Origin: an uncultured Gemmatimonadales bacterium
GTDB lineage: Bacteria > Gemmatimonadota > Gemmatimonadetes > Palauibacterales > Palauibacteraceae
Direction: 5' to 3'
Assembly (NCBI GenBank): GCA_947259585.1
Contig: CAMYMV010000009.1
Location: 40,658-104,657 of the forward strand
Length of the DNA: 64,000 bases
In this document: one piece after another, positions 28,189 through 36,524 of the stretch
Position numbering within the stretch: position 1 is the stretch's first letter
How the letters are laid out: each line of letters opens with the position of its first letter
Made by a program: the position numbers and the translations under genes
Notes under the pieces: model-generated
Databases searched by the model: none
Seen by the model: only the letters and a program-made list of their open reading frames with translations
Told to the model about the DNA's origin: nothing

Positions 28189-29529
28189 ATGGAAACAGCG
28201 CCAAACACGAGACATGTCGAAGGCTTTGATCGTGGGTTGGGCGAGGTGCGGGCTGGACGCCGCGAATGGGACATCATCGTTGCTGGGGCAGGGCCGGCCG
28301 GTAGTCGTGCCGCCGAGTTACTCGCAGAGCACGGAGCCTCGGTCCTGATGCTTGACCCGAAGGCGCCGTGGGAGAAGCCGTGCGGAGGGGGGCTTACGGC
28401 AGCGGCGCTGCGCAACACTCCGGAGCTGAGAGAGCTCGCCTCTGGTGGGGACACCATTCGCGAGGTACTCGTGATCGCGCCGAGTGGCGCCAGCGTCGTT
28501 CTTCCGATCCGCGATCCGTACGTGACGGTGAGCCGGCTCAGGCTCTCGCAATGGGGACTCGAACGTGCGGAAGCAGCCGGTGCGGTGTTCCTGAGGGCTT
28601 CGGTTCGCTCGGCCAATCGGGATGCCGGCGGATGGAGCATCACCGACTCTGAAGGCGGGGTCCATAGTGGCCACAGGCTCATCGCCGCAGACGGAGCCAA
28701 CAGCAGACTAAGGCGTGTGCTCGCTCCAGGCCTTCGGCCGGAGCTGGCTCCGGTCCGAGTGTCCTACCCGGAAAGCGGAGCCCCCGAAGGGAGGGCCGTT
28801 CTGCTCTTTCTCGCTGCCGCGGAGGGATACCTGTGGGACTTCCCGCACCCCGAGCGTCATTCCGTTGGAATCGGGGTTCTAGCACGAACTTTCGGGCGCG
28901 ACGCGCTCGACGAGGCGATCGCCCAGTACAGACTGGCTGAGAGCGGCGAGTCCGGCGTTGCCGAGCACCGAGGCGCCGTGATCGCCACCTCCCGTTGGTT
29001 CAGCGGTTCGTTCGACCAGCTCGGCGGCCACGACTACGCGTTGCTCGGAGACGCCGCCGGCCTGGCAGATCCCGCGACTGGCGAAGGGATCGACTACGCT
29101 TGCCGTTCAGCGAGCCTCGCTGCGCGAGCGTTTAGCCGGGACGGAGGATTCGAGCGATACCCGACCGCTGTTCGAGCGGAGTTTGGCAAGGAGATCCGGC
29201 GGTCACGTCGTCTGAGGGAGAAGCTCTATCGGCCGGCAGTTGCGGATCGACTCGTGCGGTGGGCACGGCGCTCACCCAGAGGTGCGCTCGTATTGATGTC
29301 CCTGTTTGATGCGGTAAATGAGCATCGGTCACTTCGCCGCGGAGTCGCGCATGGGTTTCTCTCTCGGATCCCACCGCACCATCCAGCCCGCCGTGTGTGC
29401 GCCTGCCCGGACGGAGATAGCGAACTGGCGCCGCTGCCCGACCCGGCTCACCGGGCGCGTGGTCTCGACACCAGCACCGGAAGGGCGTCGGCCGATAGTG
29501 CCAATGCGCAAGGAGAGTCATGCGCGTAA
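28189..29529 (+). CDS. FAD-dependent oxidoreductase, geranylgeranyl-reductase family
   Basis: WDIIVAGAGPAGSRAAELLAEHGASVLMLDPKAPWEKPCGGGLT (dinucleotide-binding motif plus the family CGGG block). Confidence 0.82.
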   Translation: METAPNTRHVEGFDRGLGEVRAGRREWDIIVAGAGPAGSRAAELLAEHGASVLMLDPKAPWEKPCGGGLTAAALRNTPELRELASGGDTIREVLVIAPSGASVVLPIRDPYVTVSRLRLSQWGLERAEAAGAVFLRASVRSANRDAGGWSITDSEGGVHSGHRLIAADGANSRLRRVLAPGLRPELAPVRVSYPESGAPEGRAVLLFLAAAEGYLWDFPHPERHSVGIGVLARTFGRDALDEAIAQYRLAESGESGVAEHRGAVIATSRWFSGSFDQLGGHDYALLGDAAGLADPATGEGIDYACRSASLAARAFSRDGGFERYPTAVRAEFGKEIRRSRRLREKLYRPAVADRLVRWARRSPRGALVLMSLFDAVNEHRSLRRGVAHGFLSRIPPHHPARRVCACPDGDSELAPLPDPAHRARGLDTSTGRASADSANAQGESCA

Positions 29530-29597
29530 CGCCAGGGCGCATGACGAGCGCACAAGGCAAGCATGCCCAACAGGCAGTCCAGAGAAGGAGGCACGCA

Positions 29598-30119
29598 ATG
29601 ACCGCGGGGATCACAGGGTCGTCACACAACGGAGATCGGTGCTGCGAGCCTTCTCGCGACCAACTGGCAGAATACGCGCCCGGTCGGCCGGAGATGCAGC
29701 GAATCGAGCTCTCGCTCAGCGGGCTACGGGATACGAACGCTGCGTCCAAGCTAGCGACGCATTTCCGGCAGCTGGCCGGTGTCCGCTCAGCAATGGCCAA
29801 CCCCATCTCCAGTCGCCTGCTGGTGGAGTTCAACCCAACCGAGAAGAGCGTGGAAGACGTTGTACGATCAGCTGAGGTGCAGGAACCCGACGTGGGTCGA
29901 GCCATGGCCCGTTGGCATATTCGGATGCCGGAGTTCGACTGCGATCGGTGCGCCCGCCTCGTGGAAGAAGACGTCAAGGCCGTGGCCGGCGTTGAAGGAG
30001 TAACCTGGAATGCGGCTGTCAGGTGCCTCACGGTCGAATACACGCCACGGCGGCTTGTAGCTGCCGCTGTGAGGGCTGCTCTGGTGACGCGTCACCCTCA
30101 TGGTTCCGAGTGCCGGTGA
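29598..30119 (+). CDS. Tandem HMA-like domain protein (first domain lacks Cys, second has CDRC)
   Basis: RIELSLSGLRDTNAASKLATHFRQLAGV (no CxxC) and HIRMPEFDCDRCARLVEEDVKAVAGV. The ATG at 29598 follows GAAGGAGG. Confidence 0.6.
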   Translation: MTAGITGSSHNGDRCCEPSRDQLAEYAPGRPEMQRIELSLSGLRDTNAASKLATHFRQLAGVRSAMANPISSRLLVEFNPTEKSVEDVVRSAEVQEPDVGRAMARWHIRMPEFDCDRCARLVEEDVKAVAGVEGVTWNAAVRCLTVEYTPRRLVAAAVRAALVTRHPHGSECR

Positions 30120-30206
30120 CGCACGAATCAGGAAGGGGGGAGATCAATGCAGGCTCGAGATCCGGAACGCTGCCTGCGCTTTGATCGAGCACCTGCCGTC
30201 ACGGCG

Positions 30207-30725
30207 TCAGGGCCGGTCGTAGGGGATGAAGCCCACCAGGAGGATAGCCAGGCCGACGATGATGTTGTTAGAGGCCAGTCCGTGCCCGAGGTGGAGTGGG
30301 ACCAGGAACGCCCCCACTGTGAGCCACAGGCCTAAGAGCGTAGCCAGACTGCCCCGGACCCGCCGCCTCCGCACGAGGGATATCCCTGCGGAGGTAACGG
30401 CAACTCCCGCCAGGAGGTCCGACCAGCCAACGAATTGGTGCATGGGAGCTAACGCCGCGACGGCTATAGTCCACGCGCCGAATAGTCCGATGACCCACCG
30501 CTCGGGGCACATTCCCGAACCGTGCCGACCCGCAAAGCGCTGACGCCCCTCGTCTTGGACGGCGTCAGGGTCACGTTCAGGAGATGCATACCAGTCAGGA
30601 TGTCTCGCGAAATGTTGCCTACACGGCTCGGAGCAGAAGTCGTACGTCTTTCCCTTGTAGGTGAAGGTTGCGAATGCATCGTCCTCTTCGATTGTCATCC
30701 CACATACGACGTCTCGCACAAGCAT
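30207..30725 (-). CDS. YHS/TRASH domain fused to a four-TM (SPW-repeat-like) membrane domain
   Basis: MLVRDVVCGMTIEEDDAFATFTYKGKTYDFCSEPCRQHFARHPDWY, followed by hydrophobic repeats. The ATG at 30725 follows GGAGGA. Confidence 0.75.
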   Translation of the reverse strand: MLVRDVVCGMTIEEDDAFATFTYKGKTYDFCSEPCRQHFARHPDWYASPERDPDAVQDEGRQRFAGRHGSGMCPERWVIGLFGAWTIAVAALAPMHQFVGWSDLLAGVAVTSAGISLVRRRRVRGSLATLLGLWLTVGAFLVPLHLGHGLASNNIIVGLAILLVGFIPYDRP

Positions 30726-30813
30726 CGATCCTCCACTTGCTGTATGGCTCACTCCTAACGACCGGCTCAACGCGTGCTTTTCCAAGCCGCAGAGCTGGAC
30801 AGAAACGCGAGGG

Positions 30814-31683
30814 TCAATTGGCTCGCAGCACGAGCCCGATCGCGACCAGCGCGAGGCCAATTCCAGTTGCCTCCATGCCTCCAACGCGTTCTCCAAAGAA
30901 GATGGAGGCGAGGGCTAGCCCAACGACCGGGACGAGAAAGAGCAATAGGCTAAGCCGTCCCACGTCCTCTCTCTGCACGAGCCAATACCACAGGGCGAGA
31001 GCGAACGCGGTCCCGACGACGGCGAGAAAGACCAACAGAACCAAGAAGGTCGCGCTCCACTGGATCGCCGAGCCGGATTCCACAGCGGCGGAGAGGAGCA
31101 GAAGCGGTGGGGTCCCGAGCAGCAGCTGCCATGCCGTCACGGGCAAGACGGCGTTGCCCACGTCCAGACGCTTGAGGAGGACACTGGAGCTGGCCGCCCC
31201 TCCGGCGGCAAGCAGAGGAAGAAGGGCTGCTACGACGCCGGCCCGAGCCGGGTCCGTCACCGCAGGCCAGGCGATGAGGCTTACCCCGACCGTGCCGAGG
31301 GCGAGCGCTGTCAACTTCACGCGGGAGATCGGCTCTCCGAGAGCGACCGCCGCCAGCAGGATGACCATGAGAGGCCCCGTATTGCCGAGAACAGAGGAGA
31401 TTCCGGCCCCGGTGCGGCCAGGGCTGAGGAACATCGCTGCGTAGGCAGCGAAGGTACCGATCCCGGCGAGGAGGAGAATCCCGGCCCGGTAGCGCCGGGG
31501 CGGGAGCACCGGCTGGCGCGCGGCGAAGAGTACGACCAGCAGCGTTGCACCCCCGATGCCTGCCCTGAGCCCGGCAAAGCGAAGCGGCGGAGCGAACGAC
31601 AGCCCCGCTTTGATAGCGGAGTAGCACAGGGCATAGATGGGGACTAGGGCGAGTGCAAGTACCAGGCGGCTGCGCGAGCTCAT
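30814..31683 (-). CDS. EamA/DMT-family transporter
   Basis: Ten hydrophobic segments in a duplicated EamA pattern. I chose the start at MSSRSRLVLALAL. Confidence 0.8.
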   Translation of the reverse strand: MSSRSRLVLALALVPIYALCYSAIKAGLSFAPPLRFAGLRAGIGGATLLVVLFAARQPVLPPRRYRAGILLLAGIGTFAAYAAMFLSPGRTGAGISSVLGNTGPLMVILLAAVALGEPISRVKLTALALGTVGVSLIAWPAVTDPARAGVVAALLPLLAAGGAASSSVLLKRLDVGNAVLPVTAWQLLLGTPPLLLLSAAVESGSAIQWSATFLVLLVFLAVVGTAFALALWYWLVQREDVGRLSLLLFLVPVVGLALASIFFGERVGGMEATGIGLALVAIGLVLRAN

Positions 31684-31908
31684 CTGAGCCGCTCGTCCGG
31701 GACGTTGTAGATCGTTCGTAACCGCCTGCAACTCTGATTGATAGGACGGCTCGCCGTCTTAAGATTCTTGCTGCCCTCGACGCCGGTCTCCTACGTCTCC
31801 TCTCGGCTGAGCCGCGCCCGCAGCGGGGCAGACGCACCGTCGTCAGGACGACAGCCGGTTCCACGCCAATTGTGGTTCAACACGGGCTAGCCTTGCGCTC
31901 TGAGCCTC

Positions 31909-31963
31909 AGGCTAGGGAAGGGCGTGTTAAGTCAACCACAAATCGAGGTTAAGATTCGTTCAC
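31909..31963 (-). promoter_or_regulatory. Island operator/promoter site F-prime (EamA / YHS-membrane operon)
   Basis: Minus strand reads GTGAAC-N4-CTTAAC-N5-TTTGTG-N5-CTTAAC-N11-TAGCCT. Confidence 0.6.
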
Positions 31964-31990
31964 AGGTGCCTGGCCCCGCGCCTTTGCTTT

Positions 31991-32045
31991 CCTAAGAAAT
32001 CTTATGACGTCCTTCAGGTCCCCTTAACAGCGATCCTCCTACAGT
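31991..32045 (+). promoter_or_regulatory. Island operator/promoter site F (YHS-SHOCT unit)
   Basis: CCTAAG-N4-CTTATG-N5-CTTCAG-N5-CTTAAC-N11-TACAGT. Confidence 0.65.
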
Positions 32046-32134
32046 AGGGGTGTGCGAGCACGACGATGCAGCGCCGGTATCGGCCGACGTGAGCAACCGG
32101 ACGGTCGCCGACGACGAACTCCTGGAGGTACTCG

Positions 32135-32326
32135 ATGACTCTGCGAGACGAGGTGTGCGGGATGACGATCACAGAAGATCAAGTCGCTGCATCCTTCCAG
32201 TTCCAGGGCAGGAGGTACCACTTCTGCTCGGACCGCTGCAGACGACACTTCGAGGAACACCCGGGCTGGTACGTTCCGCTGAATAAGGACGAGGAAGGAG
32301 GCGATGGAGGGGGTGAGAGAGGCTAG
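32135..32326 (+). CDS. YHS/TRASH-domain small protein
   Basis: MTLRDEVCGMTITEDQVAASFQFQGRRYHFCSDRCRRHFEEHPGWY. Confidence 0.82.
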   Translation: MTLRDEVCGMTITEDQVAASFQFQGRRYHFCSDRCRRHFEEHPGWYVPLNKDEEGGDGGGERG

Positions 32327-32362
32327 CGGGACAGTGACGATGACAGAAAGGAGACAGAGACC

Positions 32363-32671
32363 ATGGCTGCGACCACGGCTTTGATAGCTACCACTGCGGC
32401 GTTGGATGCGCTGGCCAGTCAGGCAACGGGTGGTCACGGAGGCTGGATGGACCATTTGCTCGATGGATCCTGGGCGCCAGGCATGTTCTGGGTGTTCTTC
32501 TGGGCCGGCCTTCTGGTTGTCGTGACCGCGGCGACCTTGTGGCTCATGGACGAACGCGTGTCGCGGGTACGTAAGGCGGAGGAGGACGCGCTCGAGATCC
32601 TGAAAAGACGATACGCGCGCGGCGAGATAGACAATCGGGAGTACAGCGAGAAAAAAAGGGGTCTCGCCTAG
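32363..32671 (+). CDS. Membrane-anchored SHOCT-domain protein
   Basis: TM helix (MFWVFFWAGLLVVVTAATLWL), then EILKRRYARGEIDNREYSEKKRGL. The start is uncertain. Confidence 0.7.
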   Translation: MAATTALIATTAALDALASQATGGHGGWMDHLLDGSWAPGMFWVFFWAGLLVVVTAATLWLMDERVSRVRKAEEDALEILKRRYARGEIDNREYSEKKRGLA

Positions 32672-32749
32672 GCTTGCCCGCAGTGCAGAGGCTAAAGAGC
32701 CAAATGAGATGCTGAGATCTCAGATATGCGAAAGAGGGAGGTGTAGACC

Positions 32750-32927
32750 ATGGTTGCGACCACGGCTCTCATTGCCGGCGGCCTTCTGGTTATTGTGACG
32801 GCAGTGACATTGTTGGCGACGAACGCGTGTCAGGGTAGGTCAGCCGAAGGAGGGAAGACTCAAAAACCTAAGGAGACGATACGCCCTTGGCGAGAACTAC
32901 AATCAGGGTTTCAAGGACCTGGTTTAG
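32750..32927 (+). pseudogene. Tandem paralogue of the SHOCT gene carrying a 1-nt frameshift
   Basis: DNA alignment to 32363-32671: between the shared GAACGCGTGTC and AGACGATACGC blocks the spacing is 43 nt in the first copy and 42 nt here. The SHOCT end (RRYALGENYNQGFKDLV*) is therefore in a different frame from the TM start. Confidence 0.55.
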
Positions 32928-34411
32928 GCTTGCCTGGCAGCGCGGATCGGGTCCGAATCTCCAACGCCGACCGCCCCTCCAGCGGCGGGTGTGGATGCCG
33001 GCATCCTCAACTCGAAGGTCGTGCCTGATCCGTTCGCACCACGGACGGAGACCGTGCCCCCGTGGCCTTCGACGATCGCCTTCACGATGGAGAGCCCAAG
33101 GCCAGAGCCGGGGCCAGCCCGCCGTCCAGCTTCGCCACGTGAGAAACGATCGAAGAGTTGAGCCTGCTCTTCGGCGGGGATGCCCGGCCCACTGTCCGAC
33201 ACCTCGATCACGACGTCTCCAGCCTCCCCTTCGTGGACTGCAAGGCGGATTCTCCCTCCGCTCGCGGCATACTTGACCGCGTTGTCCACGAGGTTGCCGA
33301 GCGCCCGCTCGATAAGGACCTGGTCTGCCTGCATCATGAGATCGATCTCCGCCTCCACATCGATCTCTGTCCCTGCAGACTTGGCCGCTCCACGGTACCT
33401 AGTGGCAGCCTTCTGAAGTAGTGCCGAGACTTGCAAGGGCTCGAGCACGGGCGCCAACCCGCCGCTTTCCCCGCGGGCAAGCATGATCAAATCGTCCGCG
33501 AGGGCTGATACGCTCTTCACGTCTTCGAGACTCTGCTCGAGAATGGCTTCATACTCCTCCAACGATCGGCGTCGACGTAGCGCGACTTCAACGTCGCCCC
33601 TGAGGACCGTTAGAGGCGTGCGGATCTCGTGCCCGACATCCGCGATGAAGCTACGCTGGGCCTCGAACGCCTCGTCGATCCGAGCAAGCATCGAATTGAG
33701 AACCGTAACCAGCCGTTCCATCTCGACGGTCTCGGCCGCAGCGTCGATGCGATGTTCATCTCCCGTCATCTCGATTCTCTCGGCCTGCTGGATCGTCTCC
33801 ATGACAGGCCGAACTGCGGAGCCTGCGAGCCACCAACCGAGCAGGAAGCTCACGCCAGTACCTAGCAGCGCGAGCACACCGAGCAGGTTTCGAAAGGTTG
33901 CTAGGACCTCGTACGCCTGCTCGGTCGAGACGATGACCTGAAGGAGATGGAGCTCGTGCTGCGGGCCCACGAGTCCGAGAGGATATAGTATGCCGCGGTA
34001 CCGTTCGCCCTCCCAATGGGTGTCGAACAGCTCGAGTTCCCCGGTGTTGACGACTCGCCACCGGAGCCGCTGGCTCAGAGGGAGGTCTTGCTCTCTGAGA
34101 TTGCGGGTACGCAGTACCGGTGCTCCCTCGTTGCTCCAGATCTGCGCGAAACGCTTCAGGACGGTTTCGGTACCCGGGCCAGCGGTTAGGAACAGTTCAT
34201 CGTGAAAATGAACCGTGCTGTCGGCCGAGGCTGCCGCGCCCGAGGCCTCGATAGACGCCAGACGCAGAAGCGTGCTGTCGATCTGAGCGAGCAGGAGATT
34301 GCGAAGCACGAGGTAGCCCACTGACGAGCCGATAACGGCCACCGCCAGGACGGCCAGGCCAAACCGGATGGCAAGTTTCCCTCGGAAGGAGCGCCGGAGC
34401 GCATTGATCAT
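32924..34411 (-). CDS. Heavy-metal-type sensor histidine kinase (CusS-like)
   Basis: Two TM helices flank a periplasmic domain. HAMP domain, H-box FIADVGHEIRTPLT, and HATPase_c blocks (NLVDNAVKY, DSGPGI, GSGLGLSIV) follow. Confidence 0.9.
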   Translation of the reverse strand: MINALRRSFRGKLAIRFGLAVLAVAVIGSSVGYLVLRNLLLAQIDSTLLRLASIEASGAAASADSTVHFHDELFLTAGPGTETVLKRFAQIWSNEGAPVLRTRNLREQDLPLSQRLRWRVVNTGELELFDTHWEGERYRGILYPLGLVGPQHELHLLQVIVSTEQAYEVLATFRNLLGVLALLGTGVSFLLGWWLAGSAVRPVMETIQQAERIEMTGDEHRIDAAAETVEMERLVTVLNSMLARIDEAFEAQRSFIADVGHEIRTPLTVLRGDVEVALRRRRSLEEYEAILEQSLEDVKSVSALADDLIMLARGESGGLAPVLEPLQVSALLQKAATRYRGAAKSAGTEIDVEAEIDLMMQADQVLIERALGNLVDNAVKYAASGGRIRLAVHEGEAGDVVIEVSDSGPGIPAEEQAQLFDRFSRGEAGRRAGPGSGLGLSIVKAIVEGHGGTVSVRGANGSGTTFELRMPASTPAAGGAVGVGDSDPIRAARQA

Positions 34412-35085
34412 TTCTCGACCCGACCGAGCCTGAAGCCGACGCCCCGCACGGTGAAGATGATCCTCTCTCGATCTCCCTCCTCGAGCTTCTTACGCAGGTT
34501 AGCCACGTGAACGTCTACTAGGTTCGTGCCTGGGTCGAAGCTCATGCCCCAGACGCGGTCCAGAAGCTCGAGGCGCTTTACGACCTGTCCCGGCTTTCTG
34601 ATCAGCGATTCCAAGAGCTTGAACTCGGTGGGCGTGAGGTCTATTGGGTTTCCCGCCCGTCGGACCTCGTGCAAGAGGCGGTCGAGCTCGACGTCCTCGA
34701 ATCGAAGCGTGCCCTCACCGATTGGCGCAGCGCGTCGTGCGAGCGCCCGAACCCGGGCCAGCAACTCCTCAAAATCGAACGGCTTGGTGAGATAGTCGTC
34801 CGCACCGACATCCAATCCGTGAACGACATCCTCTCGGGAGTCCCGCGCGGTGAGCATGAGGATCGGCGTGGAGTTTCCCTCCGCTCGCAGCTCGGACGTC
34901 ACGTGATACCCGCTCTTCTGGGGCATCATTACGTCGAGAACGAGCACGTCGTACTCGGTTACGTGCGCAAGCGCCACCGCTTCCACGCCGTCGCGAGCCA
35001 GATCAACAACGTGGCCTTCTTCCTTGAGTCCCTTGAGGACGAAGCGTGCCACACGAGCATCGTCCTCAGCCAATAAGATCTTCAT
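34408..35085 (-). CDS. OmpR-family response regulator (CusR/CopR-like)
   Basis: MKILLAEDD...DVLVLDVMMP...ILMLTARD...GADDYLTKPF, plus a winged-helix C-terminus (RVWGMSFDPGTNLVDVHVANLRKKL). It overlaps the kinase gene by 4 nt. Confidence 0.92.
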   Translation of the reverse strand: MKILLAEDDARVARFVLKGLKEEGHVVDLARDGVEAVALAHVTEYDVLVLDVMMPQKSGYHVTSELRAEGNSTPILMLTARDSREDVVHGLDVGADDYLTKPFDFEELLARVRALARRAAPIGEGTLRFEDVELDRLLHEVRRAGNPIDLTPTEFKLLESLIRKPGQVVKRLELLDRVWGMSFDPGTNLVDVHVANLRKKLEEGDRERIIFTVRGVGFRLGRVEK

Positions 35086-35199
35086 AAGTTATGAAACCGG
35101 CTCCTCTTACCGAGCTGAATCTACACCACACCTGGCCTATCGAGTTCTAATACCCCCTCCCAAGCGGCGGGTGCGGCGGGACACCATCCCGTTCTCAGC

Positions 35200-35254
35200 C
35201 TCAAGAGATCTTAACGAAAGCTTTGCGAAATCTTAAGAGTGACTTCCGCACCTT
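35200..35254 (+). promoter_or_regulatory. Island operator/promoter site G (weak -10)
   Basis: CTCAAG-N4-CTTAAC-N5-CTTTGC-N5-CTTAAG-N11-CACCTT. It lies about 370 nt upstream of the first gene start (35622). Confidence 0.5.
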
Positions 35255-35621
35255 GGAGTCGTTCGGTGCGGGGGGCACGCGCTGTCGGCGCGTTTACTCT
35301 CGCTCATGCTCGGTCGACGATTGGTCATTTGTGGCTGATCTGCGGGTTGAGGCTGACGTGAGAAGGAATGAGAGTTTTGGCGACAGCGGTCTACCGACTT
35401 CGAGTAGATCTTCGACAAGTGCCGGAGGGGGCCGAACGGGCCACATCTCACTGCCCCCCGCAGAGAGACCCTCCGGCCACCCTCCCCCCGAGAAGAACCT
35501 CACACCAGGGCCGATCTGTCGGAACGCAGCTTCCGTCGGTTCCCAAACTAGGCTTCCGAAGCAACGCGACGACTCAGTCGCCGCGGTGTGCCGGCAGCGG
35601 ACCGGCCGTAGAGGAGGAGCG

Positions 35622-36524
35622 ATGAAACTTGGAGTACGCGTTGGAGCGGCGGCTATGCTTGGGGGCACAGGCCTCTGGGGATGCGCTGGGGCGGACAACC
35701 CTACCGCCCTCGCCGACCTCGATCCTCAAGCGGACATCGAGATCCATGCCGATCGGGTGGAGACGTTCGACGAGGTGGAAGTGCACGTCCGGCTCACCGA
35801 GGGTGGCGGGCCCATGCACATGAACAGCGTGCATCTCGAGATCGAGCATGCCCTCGGCGGACCGCTTCGAGTCGTCGAGATGGAGGCGGCCGGAGATGAG
35901 TACGAGGCCCACGTGATGTTCTACGAGGACGGAGAGCACCACCTCCACCTGATGGGCGTGCCGGAGCGACATCGATTAGCAACCGAGATCGCGGAGGCGG
36001 AGGTCCAGGTCCACCGACAGCATACGGTTATCGGACCCTACTGGGTCGAGCTGGCCATGGCGCCCGCTCCCGCAATCGAGAACCTGCCTGCCGACATTTA
36101 CCTCCTTGTTTACGACCTGCACGACGACGGCCCGGGCGACCTGGTGGAAGGGCTGGAGCTTTCCGCAGAGATGCACACGCCATTCGGCCGCGAGTTGCCT
36201 CTGAGGTTCACCGAGCTGGCCCACGGCGAGTATGCGGCGAGATACGCGTTCGGAGCTTCGGGCGAGTACGACATGCACGTCGAGGTCTCCCTCGCGCAGG
36301 ACGAGGCAGAGGACGAGCACGCCGATGACGAGCATGCAGAGGATGAGCACGAGGCGGAGGACGAGCACACCGATAACGAGCGCGAGGAGGGAGACGAGCA
36401 TGCCGATGACGAGCATGCGGAAGACGAACATGCTGAGGGTGAGTTCCATATCCCGGTTCTGAGCTCGGATTCGGAAGGCGCTGAGAGTGACGGAACCGAC
36501 GCTGGAGGCGGTCATGGACATTGA
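35622..36524 (+). CDS. Lipoprotein with two Ig-like/YtkA-like repeats and a His/Asp/Glu-rich tail
   Basis: MKLGVRVGAAAMLGGTGLWGCAG lipobox. Two similar modules (...YEAHVMFYEDGEHHLHLMG / ...YAARYAFGASGEYDMHVEV) are followed by the tail DEAEDEHADDEHAEDEHEAEDEHTDNEREEGDEHADDEHAEDEHAEGEFH...GGGHGH. The ATG at 35622 follows GAGGAGGAG. Confidence 0.75.
   Translation: MKLGVRVGAAAMLGGTGLWGCAGADNPTALADLDPQADIEIHADRVETFDEVEVHVRLTEGGGPMHMNSVHLEIEHALGGPLRVVEMEAAGDEYEAHVMFYEDGEHHLHLMGVPERHRLATEIAEAEVQVHRQHTVIGPYWVELAMAPAPAIENLPADIYLLVYDLHDDGPGDLVEGLELSAEMHTPFGRELPLRFTELAHGEYAARYAFGASGEYDMHVEVSLAQDEAEDEHADDEHAEDEHEAEDEHTDNEREEGDEHADDEHAEDEHAEGEFHIPVLSSDSEGAESDGTDAGGGHGH

Noticed and set aside
35223-35621. 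N-terminal 133-aa extension of the His-rich lipoprotein ORF. Similar long track starts occur at 22761 (copA), 39618 (TolC-like), 42045 (RND permease), 4516 (accA), 7989 (dnaE), 26427 (RnfA-like) and 21584.
   Set aside because: The extensions are Arg/Ser/Gly-rich, overlap upstream genes or operators, and lack an SD. Internal starts with strong SDs, signal peptides or stop-start overlaps fit better.
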